This document shows, piece by piece, positions 12,842 through 25,297 of a stretch of 64,000 nucleotides of DNA; the first letter of the stretch is position 1, and each line of letters opens with the position of its first letter. The stretch spans positions 4,526,001 through 4,590,000 of the forward strand of contig CM075991.1 of NCBI GenBank assembly GCA_038087875.1. Reading direction: 5' to 3'. Origin of the DNA: Malacoraja senta (taxonomy: Eukaryota). The notes below the pieces were generated by a model. That model did no database searches. It was not told where the DNA came from and saw only the letters and a program-made list of their open reading frames with translations. Made by a program: the position numbers and the translations under genes.

Positions 12842-14694
12842 TAGGTACAAAATGGCTTGCTTGCCAGTATTTCAGTTTACATACCCACTATATTAGAAAA
12901 TACAATATATTTCCTCTCTGCTGCACAACTGCTGTAATTTGCCCAGCTCAGATCAGAGGAAAAGTATATATATTTTTTGAAAAGCCACTGCAAATCGCTG
13001 AACAAGCATTTTAAGGCAGGTACAAAATACTTAAATTTCAGAACGTCTTAAGACACAAACTTTCACCTGCAAATGAAGGTCCACCTGGAAGAGAAGTTAC
13101 AGCATGCATTTGAAGTCTGAAGTCAACAGAAGCATCAACTATGGATTATTACGTATTTAATTTTTTTTTGATCGAATTTGACGGGAGTTTTCCCACATTC
13201 AGCTCTGTCGCCGGTCATTATTGCTCTTCTTCATCAAGGTTTCCTGCTGCCCACAGGGGTAGCACGACACCCAAGCAAACAGCCGAGCTTCCCGCTGCAA
13301 CTTCCAAGGAAAACCCACCTCAAGATAGGCGGGGATCCAGCCTCGACCACCAGAGCCTTGCACACAGCTAAATGCAATGTATGACTCCTGTCAAGTTTGC
13401 TCGGCAAGTGGCCTTGCATTAAATCAATGGTGGCTTGAACAGTCCCTGACTGAACAATGCTGGTTGTATCTGGGAGAAAACATCTTTGTAGATGGTCGAG
13501 GAATGTTAACTCACAATAAATACTGAAAACAAAATAAATAATCATACTACATTTCAATCTCACTTCAAATATCAAGCATAGCACCAGGATTTTTAGGAAC
13601 AGTTGACTTTCCACCTATGACTTCATCCAACTATGGAATTTTCTTCACATCATATCTGTGTCTGTTGCAGACAAATTGATGCAGACTCATTACCTTCTTT
13701 ATTCAACCACGACATTGATGTTGCAGCATGCAAAATCCAAGCTGGTAGAAGGCCAATTTTCTGGACTTTGATCGTGGTACCATCTATATTCCTTGAATAG
13801 TGTATAACCCCACAACACGAGATTATATTTTCAAAGAAGGGCTGACTACTAAGTTAATTATCCCACCGATATCCTACTTCTGCATCCACATCTACTCCCT
13901 AAACACTGGGGGCAATTTACAGAACCCACAAATCCGCATGTTTATGGGGCTCGGGAGGGACACCCATAGGAAACCCACGAGCTTACAGGGAGAACAGGCA
14001 AACTCCAGTCAGACTGCAATCGAGGTCAGGATCGAAACCAGGTCTCTGGTGCAATGAGGCAGCAGCTCCACCAGCTGCGCCGCCCTATTTGAATGATTCA
14101 AGCGTCAAACTAAGAAAAATGCCCCTTAGACAGACCATCATTAAATTTAACTACATTTAAGTAGATTTTATTTGATTATACCCTGCACACTTTATGTAGA
14201 TAGGTTTAACTCGTTTCCCGAGTATTCCAAGATGTGCTGTCAATAATCTGTGAACTGCAAATCACGTTAACACACTGGGCTCTATACAAGACATATTCCA
14301 AAATAGCTGGTGTAAATAAGTTCAAAAGTAATTTTATTTTTCCTCTCAAATAGGCTTTCCTTCCAGCAAAGTAGATAAACTTACTGCCAGTCGCATGTTC
14401 AGTGCAGAAATTTGCCTTCCCACAATAAGGGCTTGCATGATTTGTTAGTGGAGGGAGGAGTGGGGAAGACTCATCTTGCATGGAGGCAATCACATGTTCC
14501 TTTCCCCTGGCTTAGTTTATCTGCTATATTGTTTTATTTAGAAAGTTAATGTATCAAGAGATGAGTTGAATAGTTGCCACAGAACAAACAAGCAAATACA
14601 TTTAAAATGAACTTGAACTCAGCCAGACGATACATTCAAGTCAGAGACTGGCAAGAAATTCAAAACGAGTTCAATTCTGAAGTCGTCCACATAC

Positions 14695-14770
14695 CATTGA
14701 GGGTGCTTCCCGGAGTTAAGGAACCACCTTGCTTCTGCGTGTCATATGCTGGGCCAATGTTAGAAAGATC
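14695..14770 (-). CDS. ASH2L: ASH2L exon: DLSNIGPAYDTQKQGGSLTPGSTLN(G)
   Basis: 76 bp, ttttacag acceptor, gtatgt donor, phase 0-1. Confidence 0.93.
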
Positions 14771-15214
14771 CTGTAAAAGAATACCACGCACCAACCAGGT
14801 TCAGTGGATCAGCATGTCACAACATCTTGATTTAAGAAGCGTCAGAGTCTGACCCGAAACGTCACTTTTCCATGTTCCCCAGAAATGCTGCCTGACCCGC
14901 CGAGTTACTCCAGCACTTTTTGCAGTTGCTTCTTTCTACATTTTTTTCACCAAGCTTAGCAGTAATCCTCAAGAGCTCCGTGCACAGTAGGACAAAAGAA
15001 GCACAATCGGAGAGAGGTCAAGTTCACAGACAGCAGGTCTGTGCATCTTAACAGATGCAAATGCATTTGGACAGGCAAATCCAGAGGCAAATTTTGTAGC
15101 AGGTTTTCAGCAGCTGATGCATGGGTGGAGTGAATTTATTGGAATTTATTGTAGATATTCCACTGATGATAAAAATGAATAATATTTTCTCTGTCACTAT
15201 GGCAGTGCATCTTA

Positions 15215-15373
<159 letters not shown>

Positions 15374-17208
15374 TCATTGTAACCTGGCTTTAACCATGGT
15401 AACTCGAGCCAGTTCTGCCTCTACACCACATTTACATAGTCATTCAGTATGGTTCCTCTGCTAGTGAGGTGACAAACTAGCACACTTGTTGTACAGTTGT
15501 ACCAATGCTCACAGCAGGTGTAATCTTAAAAATCCCATGCTACGCGAATAAGGAAACACGAGGTGCATCCTACAATATTTTCATCACACCATTAGTTGAC
15601 GTCCTCCACCCACCATCTCCAGAGGAGTTGAAACAGGTACTATAACATTTAAAAGGCATTAGGACAGGTACATGGACAGGAACAGTTTAGAGGGGCATGG
15701 GCCAAACTTGGGCAGGGATGACTAGTGTAGATGGGGCATCTTGGTTGACATGGACAAGTTGGGCCGAAGGGCCTGTTTCCATGACGTATGACTTTTGACA
15801 CGGTCTCTAAAATTCTCCTCCAATCGAATGTTTCTTGCTACTCCTTTATGAAAACCAATGAAATCTCTCTTTATATAAGCTTTTGATCTTTCCTCTCCTG
15901 GTTTAGCACCATTTTTTGATATGCTCTTGAGGCACATCAGAATCCTTCACTCTTGGCCCTGCAGCCATTCGCAGTGACAACTAAACCCAAACCTTTGACC
16001 TCAACCAGCAACAATGACCAAAATATGCTGCTACATTGAAATCATGGAACTCCATGCAAACAGCTCTGTGGGCGTACCTTCACGGAAGAAGTGTAGTGAG
16101 CCATTTGAGGCAGTGACTCACCATTCCTTTATCAAGGACAATTAAACATGGGCAATAAAGGCTGGCTGTGAGCAAATTAGAAATGTTTTTAGTTTTTGTT
16201 TTTGAGGTACAGTGTGGAGACAGGCCCTTCAGCCCACGTCAACCACCATACACTTGTTCTATGTTATTGCTCTTCCACACAAACACACACACAAGGCAAT
16301 TTACAGAAGCCAATTAACCTACACCTTGCACATCCTTGAGATACGGGAGGAAACCAGCTCCCGCAGGAAACTCACGCGGTCAAACTCCACACAGACAGCA
16401 CCCATAGTCAGGATCACACCGGGGTCTTTGGCACTGTGAGGCAGCAGCTCCACCGCTGCACCACTGTGTTTCCCTACTTTTCAAACGCTATCAAAACCAA
16501 GCTGTCAACATCGTGCAATGACCATGCGCATGGCATTACTACAGATATAAGTAGCATCATGTCTGAATAGAATGAAGACTGGCGTGATACAAGGGCAATG
16601 TTACTGATGCCAAAACCTCTTCCTTGGGCCATATTATGGTTTCAGGCAAATGTACTCTCCACAACACCAAGCTGAAAGGGTCAGGAAAAAGTCCACTGCT
16701 GGGCATCATTATAATTAAAAGGGCCCAAGAAATGCTTGAGATATGATTATCCAAGTTGCAGGTACATATTCCTCCAATTGTGGGGGGTTTTAAATGCCTC
16801 CAATTTTCACAGTCGAAACAGAATCTCAGAATTTCTTCCCGAGACCTCTGCTTCTCAACTCCTTTTTTCCCCACAAAACTTTTGACCAAATCTGTGGTAC
16901 ATGGTTTGCTATTCAATTTTGTTTGATAATGCTTAAGTGAATTACTTTAGGCTGACAGAGCCAGTTTTGTAACTAATTTTGACAATTAGTACAAGCTCCT
17001 GAAATGCTATCCAGCGACAACCCATAAAATTATATCCCTCCAAGATCTGAGGCACAAGGCATCTGCGACACAGACACAAAGCATCTTTGTAACTGGAGAG
17101 ACGACGTGTAATGCAGAGGAAGAAGCAAGTTTAACGATAATATTATCACCATCTAAAAAAAAACAAAGATCACAGGGGAATATGTTCACCCAATGAGAAG
17201 TCACTCAC

Positions 17209-17304
17209 CATTGTCTTCACGATGTTGTTTGGCCAAGTGATTTTGCTAGGTCTTTGTCGGGTGGTCAAACACTCCCAGTACTTGTCAATAAAAGGTATGA
17301 TATC
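17209..17304 (-). CDS. ASH2L: ASH2L exon (winged helix): [32 protein letters not shown]
   Basis: 96 bp, AG acceptor, gtgagt donor, phase 0-0. Confidence 0.95.
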
Positions 17305-17653
17305 CTACGCAAATACAGAGCAAAATGCGAGAAATTAAAGCTGCATTTAAGGGAAGGAAACACTCAATATTACATTTCAAAGTCCTCAAATAGGTGCGCC
17401 GGTTTATAATTCAATTCCCCTTGCCTGTAAGTCTGCAGGGAAACCTGCCCTTGTGGTTTACGGTGCAGGTGGAACTTGTTCTAGAGCTTACGTGTCACAA
17501 CAGTCAGGAACATTTGATTAAAGGTTAGCTCCAACTCCTGTAAGAAAGAACTGCAGATGCTGATTTAAATCGAAGGTTGACACAAAATGCTGGAGTAACT
17601 CAGCGGGTGAGGCAGCATCTATGAAGAAAAGGAATGGGCGATGTTTTTCTTCA

Positions 17654-17685
17654 GTCTGAAGAAGGGTCTCGACCCGAAACGTCAC
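17654..17685 (+). ncRNA. Minimal type I hammerhead ribozyme motif in a Penelope-derived repeat
   Basis: CUGAAGA-A-GGGUC(UC)GACCC-GAAAC-GUC; stem III reduced to the ACGU palindrome. Confidence 0.7.
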
Positions 17686-18830
17686 CCATTCCTTCTCTCC
17701 ATAGATGCTGCCTCACCCACTGAGTTACTCCAGCATTTTGTGTCTACCTTAGTTAGCTCCTAGACTGATTCCCCACAGTGACACCTAGAAAGGGTAATCA
17801 TGACAAAAGGGCAGCTCTGTGCAGAAGCAAGGAACTGCAGATGCCGGTTCACACAAAAAAAAACATAAAGCACTGGAGCAACTCAGTGACACCCGCTGTG
17901 TTACTCCCGGCTGGCGACCACCATCTATACTCAAATGAAAACCGGTTGTTTGGGGAAAGTGCAAGCAGGAAGCCATTTCAACAGTTTCACAGAGAGGAAA
18001 AAAACAGGAAGGTAAAAAAAAATTCTTATTACAAAATAGTGAAGTAACTCTCAATACCGAGGACACTTGTCCAATCAAACCAGGTGCAAATCTAACCTCA
18101 ACCCCCTAACCGTCTCATAGTCACCCAACCCTGCGTGGAATAAAGATGTCCTCCAGCACCTGCAATGCCAAAATCAAATGCTCTGCATTATACTCTTTTT
18201 AAGAGTCACCACCACCAACAGGAGTTTGACATTTTCATTGAGATAGATTGAAGGGAACCAGAAAGATTGATTTTTGATTAATACAGGTGCCAGATGTTAT
18301 GGGGAGAAGGCGGGAGACTGGGGTTAAGAGGAAGAGATATGGGCTGAATGGCCTAATTCTACTATCACTTATGACCTTATGATCTGCATTGTCAGACTAC
18401 ACTTCAGACAAAGTGGCACGTAGAGTGTCCACTGCAAGGCCTTGAGATTCATCCTGAACCATACAACCTTCCCCAAAACTCCCCCTCACAAACACAAGAT
18501 GGGTCTCGACCCGAAACGTCGCCCATTTCCTTTGCCATAGATGCTGCCTCACCCGCTGAGTTTCTCCAGCATTTTTGTCTACCCTTCGATTTTCCAGCAT
18601 CTGCAGTTCCCTTAGCAAAGTTAAACAACTCAAAAGAGGCAGTTGTTTTTCTGCAAACTTTGGATTCTGGAAGAGAGAACTGTAATAAGCTTTGTTTTCC
18701 TAGTTCTAGAAAGGCAAACCACTTTTGGACATGAATTAGTTTAAAACTAAAATAGCAGAAATACACAGGTCAGGCAGCATCTATAGAGAGAGATACCCCA
18801 CAGCAGCTTCACAGCACCTGAACAGCATAC

Positions 18831-18925
18831 CTTATCCTTTGAAAACATGGTCTTAGGATGCTCGTCCTGAGTTCGGGAACGCCAGGTCAAATTAGCGAGA
18901 CCCGTGAGGCACATTTCCTTCAAAT
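18831..18925 (-). CDS. ASH2L: ASH2L exon (winged helix): (N)[31 protein letters not shown]
   Basis: 95 bp, cctgtag acceptor, gtatgc donor, phase 1-0. Confidence 0.95.
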
Positions 18926-21390
18926 CTACAGGGGGGGAGAAATAATAAACTTACATTTGTCCTGCATCTCTCACAATCTGTTCCGAAACACTCGACAGTC
19001 TCTCATAGACCCGTGAAATGCCGTCATCGATGCAATGCAGCAAGACCCAAAAATAACAGTGCAAGGATGATGAACAAATATTTTCCAAAACACTTGAGAA
19101 TTTTCCAGCTCTTATAAATGGTCCTAGGGGAATTTTATAAGTGCACGTGACATAACAGATGGGACCTTGGTTCAATATCGTAGCTGCAAGCTGTTATCAC
19201 TAACAGTGCCGTATCCCCCAAGCCCTGGTAACTCATTGCAGATTCCAGATGATTAAAACTTAATATAGCATCACGCTCTATGAAGACATGCCTATGAAAT
19301 CATGGAGAAGAACTTCTTAACTCAGGCCTCGTAAGAACGGGTGTAATGTTCAATGAACAATTGACTCCCCAGTTCATGAACGTAGCCTGAGAGGGACAAG
19401 GACTTTGGTGGTGTAAGCAAACATTTGGGTGACAATGAAATTGGACCAACGGAGGACAGAGAAATGCCCTTTGGTACACCCAGGTCAATGCGGCCACCAA
19501 AGACCATTCCCATACTAATCCACGGGGATCTGTGCTGGGCCTGTTGAATGGTGGAGTCACAGGGAGTACTGATCCTTAAAGGTGACAACACAGGTAGATA
19601 ATGTGATTAAGAAAGCACGTGGATTATTTGCCTTTGGCAGTTGGGGTGCTTGAACAGGGAGATTATATTCCAACAGGGAACAAGAGCAGGGAGATTATGT
19701 TCCAACATCATAAAAGCATTGGTCAGACTTCAGCTGGAGTATTGCATGCAGTTCTGGTCGCTATACTGTAAAAAGGATGCAATAGTACAGAGGAGATTCA
19801 CCAGTGTATTGTCTGCAATGGAGCATTTCAGTTATGAGTGGAGGCTAGAGGATCAAGGTCCATTTTCCCTGCTGTGGAGGGGGATAAGAAGGAACAGGAA
19901 TGAGGTATATAATCAGAATCACACTTTATTCGCCAAGTATGTTTTGCAACATACGAGGAATTTCATTTGCCAGGCCAGTCATACAATTAAAAGCAACATT
20001 ATAACATTATGAAGGGCATAAATTGGGTAAACTGTGGGAAACCTTGCCTGCCCCCTCCCCCATCAGACGTAGGGAAAAGTAAGAGAACACAGATTTAGGG
20101 TGACGGATGAGACATTTAATGGCACAGCTGGTAGGGACACGGGTTAGATCCTAACCTCGGGTGTTATCTGTGTGGAGTTTGCCCGTTCTCCCTGTGACTG
20201 CATGGGTTTCTTTCGGGTTCCTCCCACAACCCAAAGGCATGAGGGTTTGTAGGTTAATTGGCCTCTGTAAAATTGCCCCCAATGTGTAGGGAGTGGACAA
20301 GAAAGTGGGATCACATAGAACTAGTGTGAACAGGTGGTCGATGATCGGCATGGACAGAGTGGGCCGAATGGCCTAATTCTGCTCCTATGACATGGGCTAA
20401 TTAGATGTTTAAGAAAGAACTGCAGATGCTGGAAAATTAGAATGGCTAATTAGATGGTTATTCTGGTCTATCCCAAACGACTGCATTAAATTATTTTCAA
20501 TCATGTTAAACACCTCAGTTAGATCATCTCTTAACCATGTAGATTTGAGAGGAAACAAATCCAAAATCTGCAAAATGCTTCGTAATTTAAGTCTTTATGC
20601 TTTTCAGTTTTCACTTTTATTTTAATCCAATGATCCTCGAAGGCCGCAGCAGAGGTAAAGGTGAAGACATATATGGGATGCTTGGCTTCATTAGCTGGAG
20701 CATAGGGTATATAAGAAGGGTGATCTTGGAGCAATTTTATAAAACACTGATTGTGCCACAGCTAAAATATTGTGTTCTGTTTTGGTCGCTTCACTTGGAC
20801 AAAACGGTACAGGAGATTGTACTGTACAAACGCACAGGAGAATCACCAGAATGTGACCCAGCTTGGGATGTTTCAGGTGTGAGGAGAGACTGGATGGGTT
20901 GAGTTTGTTTTACCAGGAGCAGAAGCGGCCGAACGGGAAACCCTGATAAACGTACACAAAAATATAAGATATTAAAATACAGTAGGGAGTAAGAAACCTC
21001 TCCCCATAGTAGTGACATCAAGACTAGAGGGCGGTAGAGCTGCTGCTTCACAGCTCCGTTGTCCCGTGTGCCATCCAATGCCAGCACACCCATCATAATT
21101 CATCCTTGATAAATAAATAGGAGTTCAAAGTGATGCAAGAAAACTGTTCGGCATAAACAAGATAGTGGGAACCTATGGATACTCAAGGTTGCCTGGCTCC
21201 ACCATTGTGATTTCTTCTCAAATAAAGCTGTTGGAGATCTATTGGAGGTGTCAGAGCATGCATCTTTCTTGATAGGCAATGAAGGGTCGGCTATGGAACC
21301 AAGGTGGCTAGATGGAATTAGGTAATCAACCATTGACCTCCTGATTGTTTGTCTGCAAAGGCACACGCGTGTAATGTTTCATCCTATGTA

Positions 21391-22790
21391 CAGTGCCCTC
21401 CATAATGTTTGGGACAAAGACCCGTCATTCATGTATTTGCCTTTGTGATATAATTTTTTATTAGAAGCAAACATATTATAATGTAGAGTAACATATTATA
21501 ATAGAAGAAAAAACTTTTCATATACATCAATCACTCATTAATTTGTCAATTGTCAGTTAATTCTGCTTCTATTTGCCTTTGTACTCCACAATTTGAGATT
21601 TGTTCTAGAACAAATCACATGTGGTTAATTTGCACATTGTCATTTTTAATAAAGCCATTTTTATACATTTTGGTTTCACCATGTCCAAATTACAGCAGTG
21701 TTTATACATAGTCCCACCATTTCAGGGCACCATAATGTTTGGGACACAGCAGTGTCATGTAAATGAAAGTAGTCATGTTTAGTATTTTATTGCGTATCAT
21801 TTGCATGCAATGACTGCTTGAAGTCTGCGATTCATGGACATCTCCAGTTGCTAGGTGTCTTCTCTGGCGATGCTCTGCCAGGCCTGTATTGCAGCCTTCT
21901 TTAGCTTATGCTTATTTTGGGGGCTAGTCCCCTTCACTTTTCTCTTCAGCATATAAAAGCATGCTCAATTGGGGTCAGATCGGGTGATTGACTTGGCCAC
22001 TCAAGAATTGGCCATTTTTTAGCTTGAAAAACTTCTTTGTTGCTTTAGCAGTTGTTTGGGATCATTGTCTTGCTAGTAGAATGAACTGCCGGCCAATGAG
22101 TTTTGATGCATTTGTCTGAACTTGAGCAGATAGGATGTGTCTATACACTTCAGAATTCATTATGCTACTACCATCAGTAGTTGTATCATCAATGAAGATA
22201 AGTGAGTCGGTACCATCAGCAGCCATACATGCCCAGGCCATAACACCCCCACCACTGTGTTTCACAGATGAGGTGGTATGCTTTGGATCTTGGGCAGTTC
22301 CTTCTCTCCTCCATAATTTGCTCTTACCATCACTCTTGTGTCATCAGCTGTGGAGATCTTCCTTGGCCTGCCAGTCCCTATGTGATTAGTAATCTCACCA
22401 GTGCTCTATTTCTTCTTAAATGATGTTCCAAACAGTTGATTTTGGTAAGCCTAGGGTTTGGCTGATGTCTCTAACAGTTTTATTCTTGTTTCTCAGTCTC
22501 ATAATGGCTTCTTTGACTTTCATTGGCATAACTTTGGTCCTCATGTTGATAAAGAGCAATGTGTTCCAAACATTATAGTGCCTTGAAATGGGGGGGGGGG
22601 GGGGGCATGTATAAGCACAGCTGTAATTTCTACATGGCGAAACCAAAATGTATTCAAAATGGCCTTTAATAAAATCTGACAATGCTCACTTTAAATACAA
22701 GTTATTTTTTTCTATTACAAATCTCAAATTGTGGATTAGAGGCAAATAAATAAATGATGGGTATTTGTCCCAACATTATGGAGGGCACTG
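21391..22790 (-). mobile_element. Second copy of the same Tc1 family, internally deleted
   Basis: TA TSDs at 21389-21390 and 22791-22792; same TIRs; ORFs KHSGGGVMAWACMAADG and MRTKVMPMKVKEAIMRLRNKNKTVRDISQTLGLPKSTVWNII. Confidence 0.95.
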
Positions 22791-23163
22791 TACCTTCTAG
22801 CTCTTTAATCACAACGCTTTATAAAAAGGGCAGTAAGATTTAGACTTTTGAGAAACAGGCCCTTCAGCCCACCGAGTCGGGCGGCACCAGCGATCACCCC
22901 GTACACCAACGCTGTCCTACACACTGGGAACATTTTACCGAAGCCAATTAACCGACAAACCTGTATGTCTTTAGAGTGTGGGAGGTAACCGGAGCACCTG
23001 TAGAATTCCATGCACTCACAGGGAGAACGTACAAACTCCGTACAGACAGCACCTGTACTTAGGATCAAACCCAAGTCTCTGGCGCTGTAAGACAGCAACT
23101 CTACTGCTACGCCACTGTGCCGCCCTGATAACAATCAAATAAAATGTGTTTTTTTAAACTTAC

Positions 23164-23254
23164 TTGCTTGTTTTCGGAGGAAGTACGTATTCCCACTGTG
23201 GTGGCACAGGTTGCAGTGAAAAATATATAGTTCGTCATGAACGGAAGGCATGAG
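23164..23254 (-). CDS. ASH2L: ASH2L exon (atypical PHD finger): [29 protein letters not shown], with apparent +2 frameshift
   Basis: taacag acceptor, gtaagt donor; both halves match ASH2L but in different frames; 91 bp where the phases need 89. Confidence 0.9.
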
Positions 23255-24285
23255 CTGTTAAAAAGAAAAGTCAGAATTAGACAACAATTGAAAGGCAAAA
23301 TACTGTAGATATGGGAAATAAGATAAAACAAAGTGCTAGAAATATTCAACGAGTCAGCAGCATCTACAATGACAACAACATGGTTATCATTTCATGTCGA
23401 TGAAGTGATGAACCGGAAACATTAACTGTTTCTCTCTCCACAGAAGCTATCTGACCTGCTGAGTAACTCAGCACGTTTCTGTTTTTTTAATCAGAATTAG
23501 TTACAATCCATTCATCACCAGATACTAAAAATTTCAGCATAACTTTATTTCACACTGAAAATAAGACATACAAGTGGAATTCCTGCTTAAAAACCTGTCA
23601 AACCACCTGAATTTGCATTTCTTTTTTGTTTTAACATGCAAACAAAATCTGTTACTCAAAGAATAACGTTTAAATCGTAACCTCAATGGGTTTTTTCCAA
23701 AGGAAAGTTTTCCCCGGTGCTGTCAAAATGCAACTTTGTTCCACAGTTATCTAGTGTAACTACCCTCTGACAGGACAAACAACGAGGGGAGACAGCAAAT
23801 CCAATCCTGCTAGCGAACAACAAAAAAAAACAATGGCATTTTGTTGTACCTTTGGTGGTGAAGAGCTCAGGAGCAACCCATGAGGTACAAACAATAAATC
23901 CTGTAAAGATTAAAGACATCGTGCTGAAGCACAAAAAGCTGGAGTAACTCAACGGGTCAGATAGCATCTCTGGAGAAAGGGAATACGTGATGTTTCGGGG
24001 TCGAGAGACCCTTCTTCAGACCCTCTTAAAGGGGATAGACATAAGGAGGATATCTGAAGAAGGGTCTCAACCCTAAACGTCACCTATTCCCTTTCTACAG
24101 AGATGTTGTCTGACCCGCTGAGTTACTCTTGCTTTGTGTCGATCTTGGGTTTAAACCAGCATCTGCAGTTCCTTCCTACACATAGAGATCATGCTTGTGA
24201 ACCCGTCTTATGTGTATAGACCCGTTGAATCCAAACGCCCAATCTGAAACTTTCTCTGATCTGTTAATATTGATCCGATCTGCTA

Positions 24286-24420
24286 TTTCTTGCGTGTGGC
24301 GTGCACAATCTAAAGTTGTCGGACAACTTGTTCTATATGATCTTATTTGATTGTGCAAGCCAGGTTGATTGCATTCGTCGAAACAGGGCGGACCATGTGA
24401 AGGTTGCTATCTTCCACCCC
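24286..24420 (-). mobile_element. Second copy of the ribozyme-headed short retroposon
   Basis: Same 5' start and body as 41692-41829; flanking tgatccgat repeated at 24271-24279 and 24423-24431. Confidence 0.78.
24367..24420 (-). ncRNA. Second copy of the HDV-like ribozyme fold
   Basis: Reverse complement reads GGGGUGG AA GAUAGCA ACC UUCACAU GGU CCGCCCU GUUUCGA CGAA UGCAAUC; one P2 mismatch and one L3 change. Confidence 0.78.
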
Positions 24421-24870
24421 ACTGATCCGATGATAATGGGGATAAGGCGGAAGAAGGGGGAAGGATGACCAACTGAACCACCATCTGACTGCAACCTTGG
24501 AAGAAATCTCTCGGTGGTGTTGCCATCTACTGGCCAAGATGCGGCCTATATTTCCTGTCAGCTGTCAACCACGACCAGTGGGCAAGAGGTATAAAAGACC
24601 TGGCAACATTGCCAAGAAAGAGAGGAAGAAAGGCCAATTTGGGACAGAGGGAAAGAATTGTTTTCTATTTAAACCACCATGAACACTCTTCTCTGAGCAG
24701 CTTTATTATCTCCAGAACAGCAAAATGCCATTCTGCCCAACTGTTCAATGCCAATGTCAAGATTCAAGAGAGTTTATTGTCATGTGTCCCAGATAGGACA
24801 ATGAAATTCTTGCTTTGCTTCGGCACAAGAATATTGTAGGCATAAATAAATGCAGAGCAGATCAGTAGGA

Positions 24871-24873
<3 letters not shown>

Positions 24874-24915
<42 letters not shown>

Positions 24916-24923
24916 GTATATGA

Positions 24924-25016
<93 letters not shown>

Positions 25017-25070
25017 TATTCAATGGTACATGGACATATATATAATATATAATATATACACACACACACA
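24874..25070. repeat. (TA)n/(TATATG)n microsatellite at the contig end
   Basis: Direct inspection. Confidence 0.95.
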
Positions 25071-25097
25071 AAAATAAGCAGATAAAGTGTAATAGGC

Positions 25098-25297
25098 NNN
25101 NNNNNNNNNNNNNNNNNNNNNNNNNNNNNNNNNNNNNNNNNNNNNNNNNNNNNNNNNNNNNNNNNNNNNNNNNNNNNNNNNNNNNNNNNNNNNNNNNNNN
25201 NNNNNNNNNNNNNNNNNNNNNNNNNNNNNNNNNNNNNNNNNNNNNNNNNNNNNNNNNNNNNNNNNNNNNNNNNNNNNNNNNNNNNNNNNNNNNNNNN
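25098..25297. other. Assembly gap (200 N)
   Basis: Run of exactly 200 n. Confidence 1.

Noticed and set aside
13141..13440. GC-richer unique intronic segment with short ORFs
   Set aside because: No convincing splice-site pair, snoRNA boxes or homology recognisable by eye
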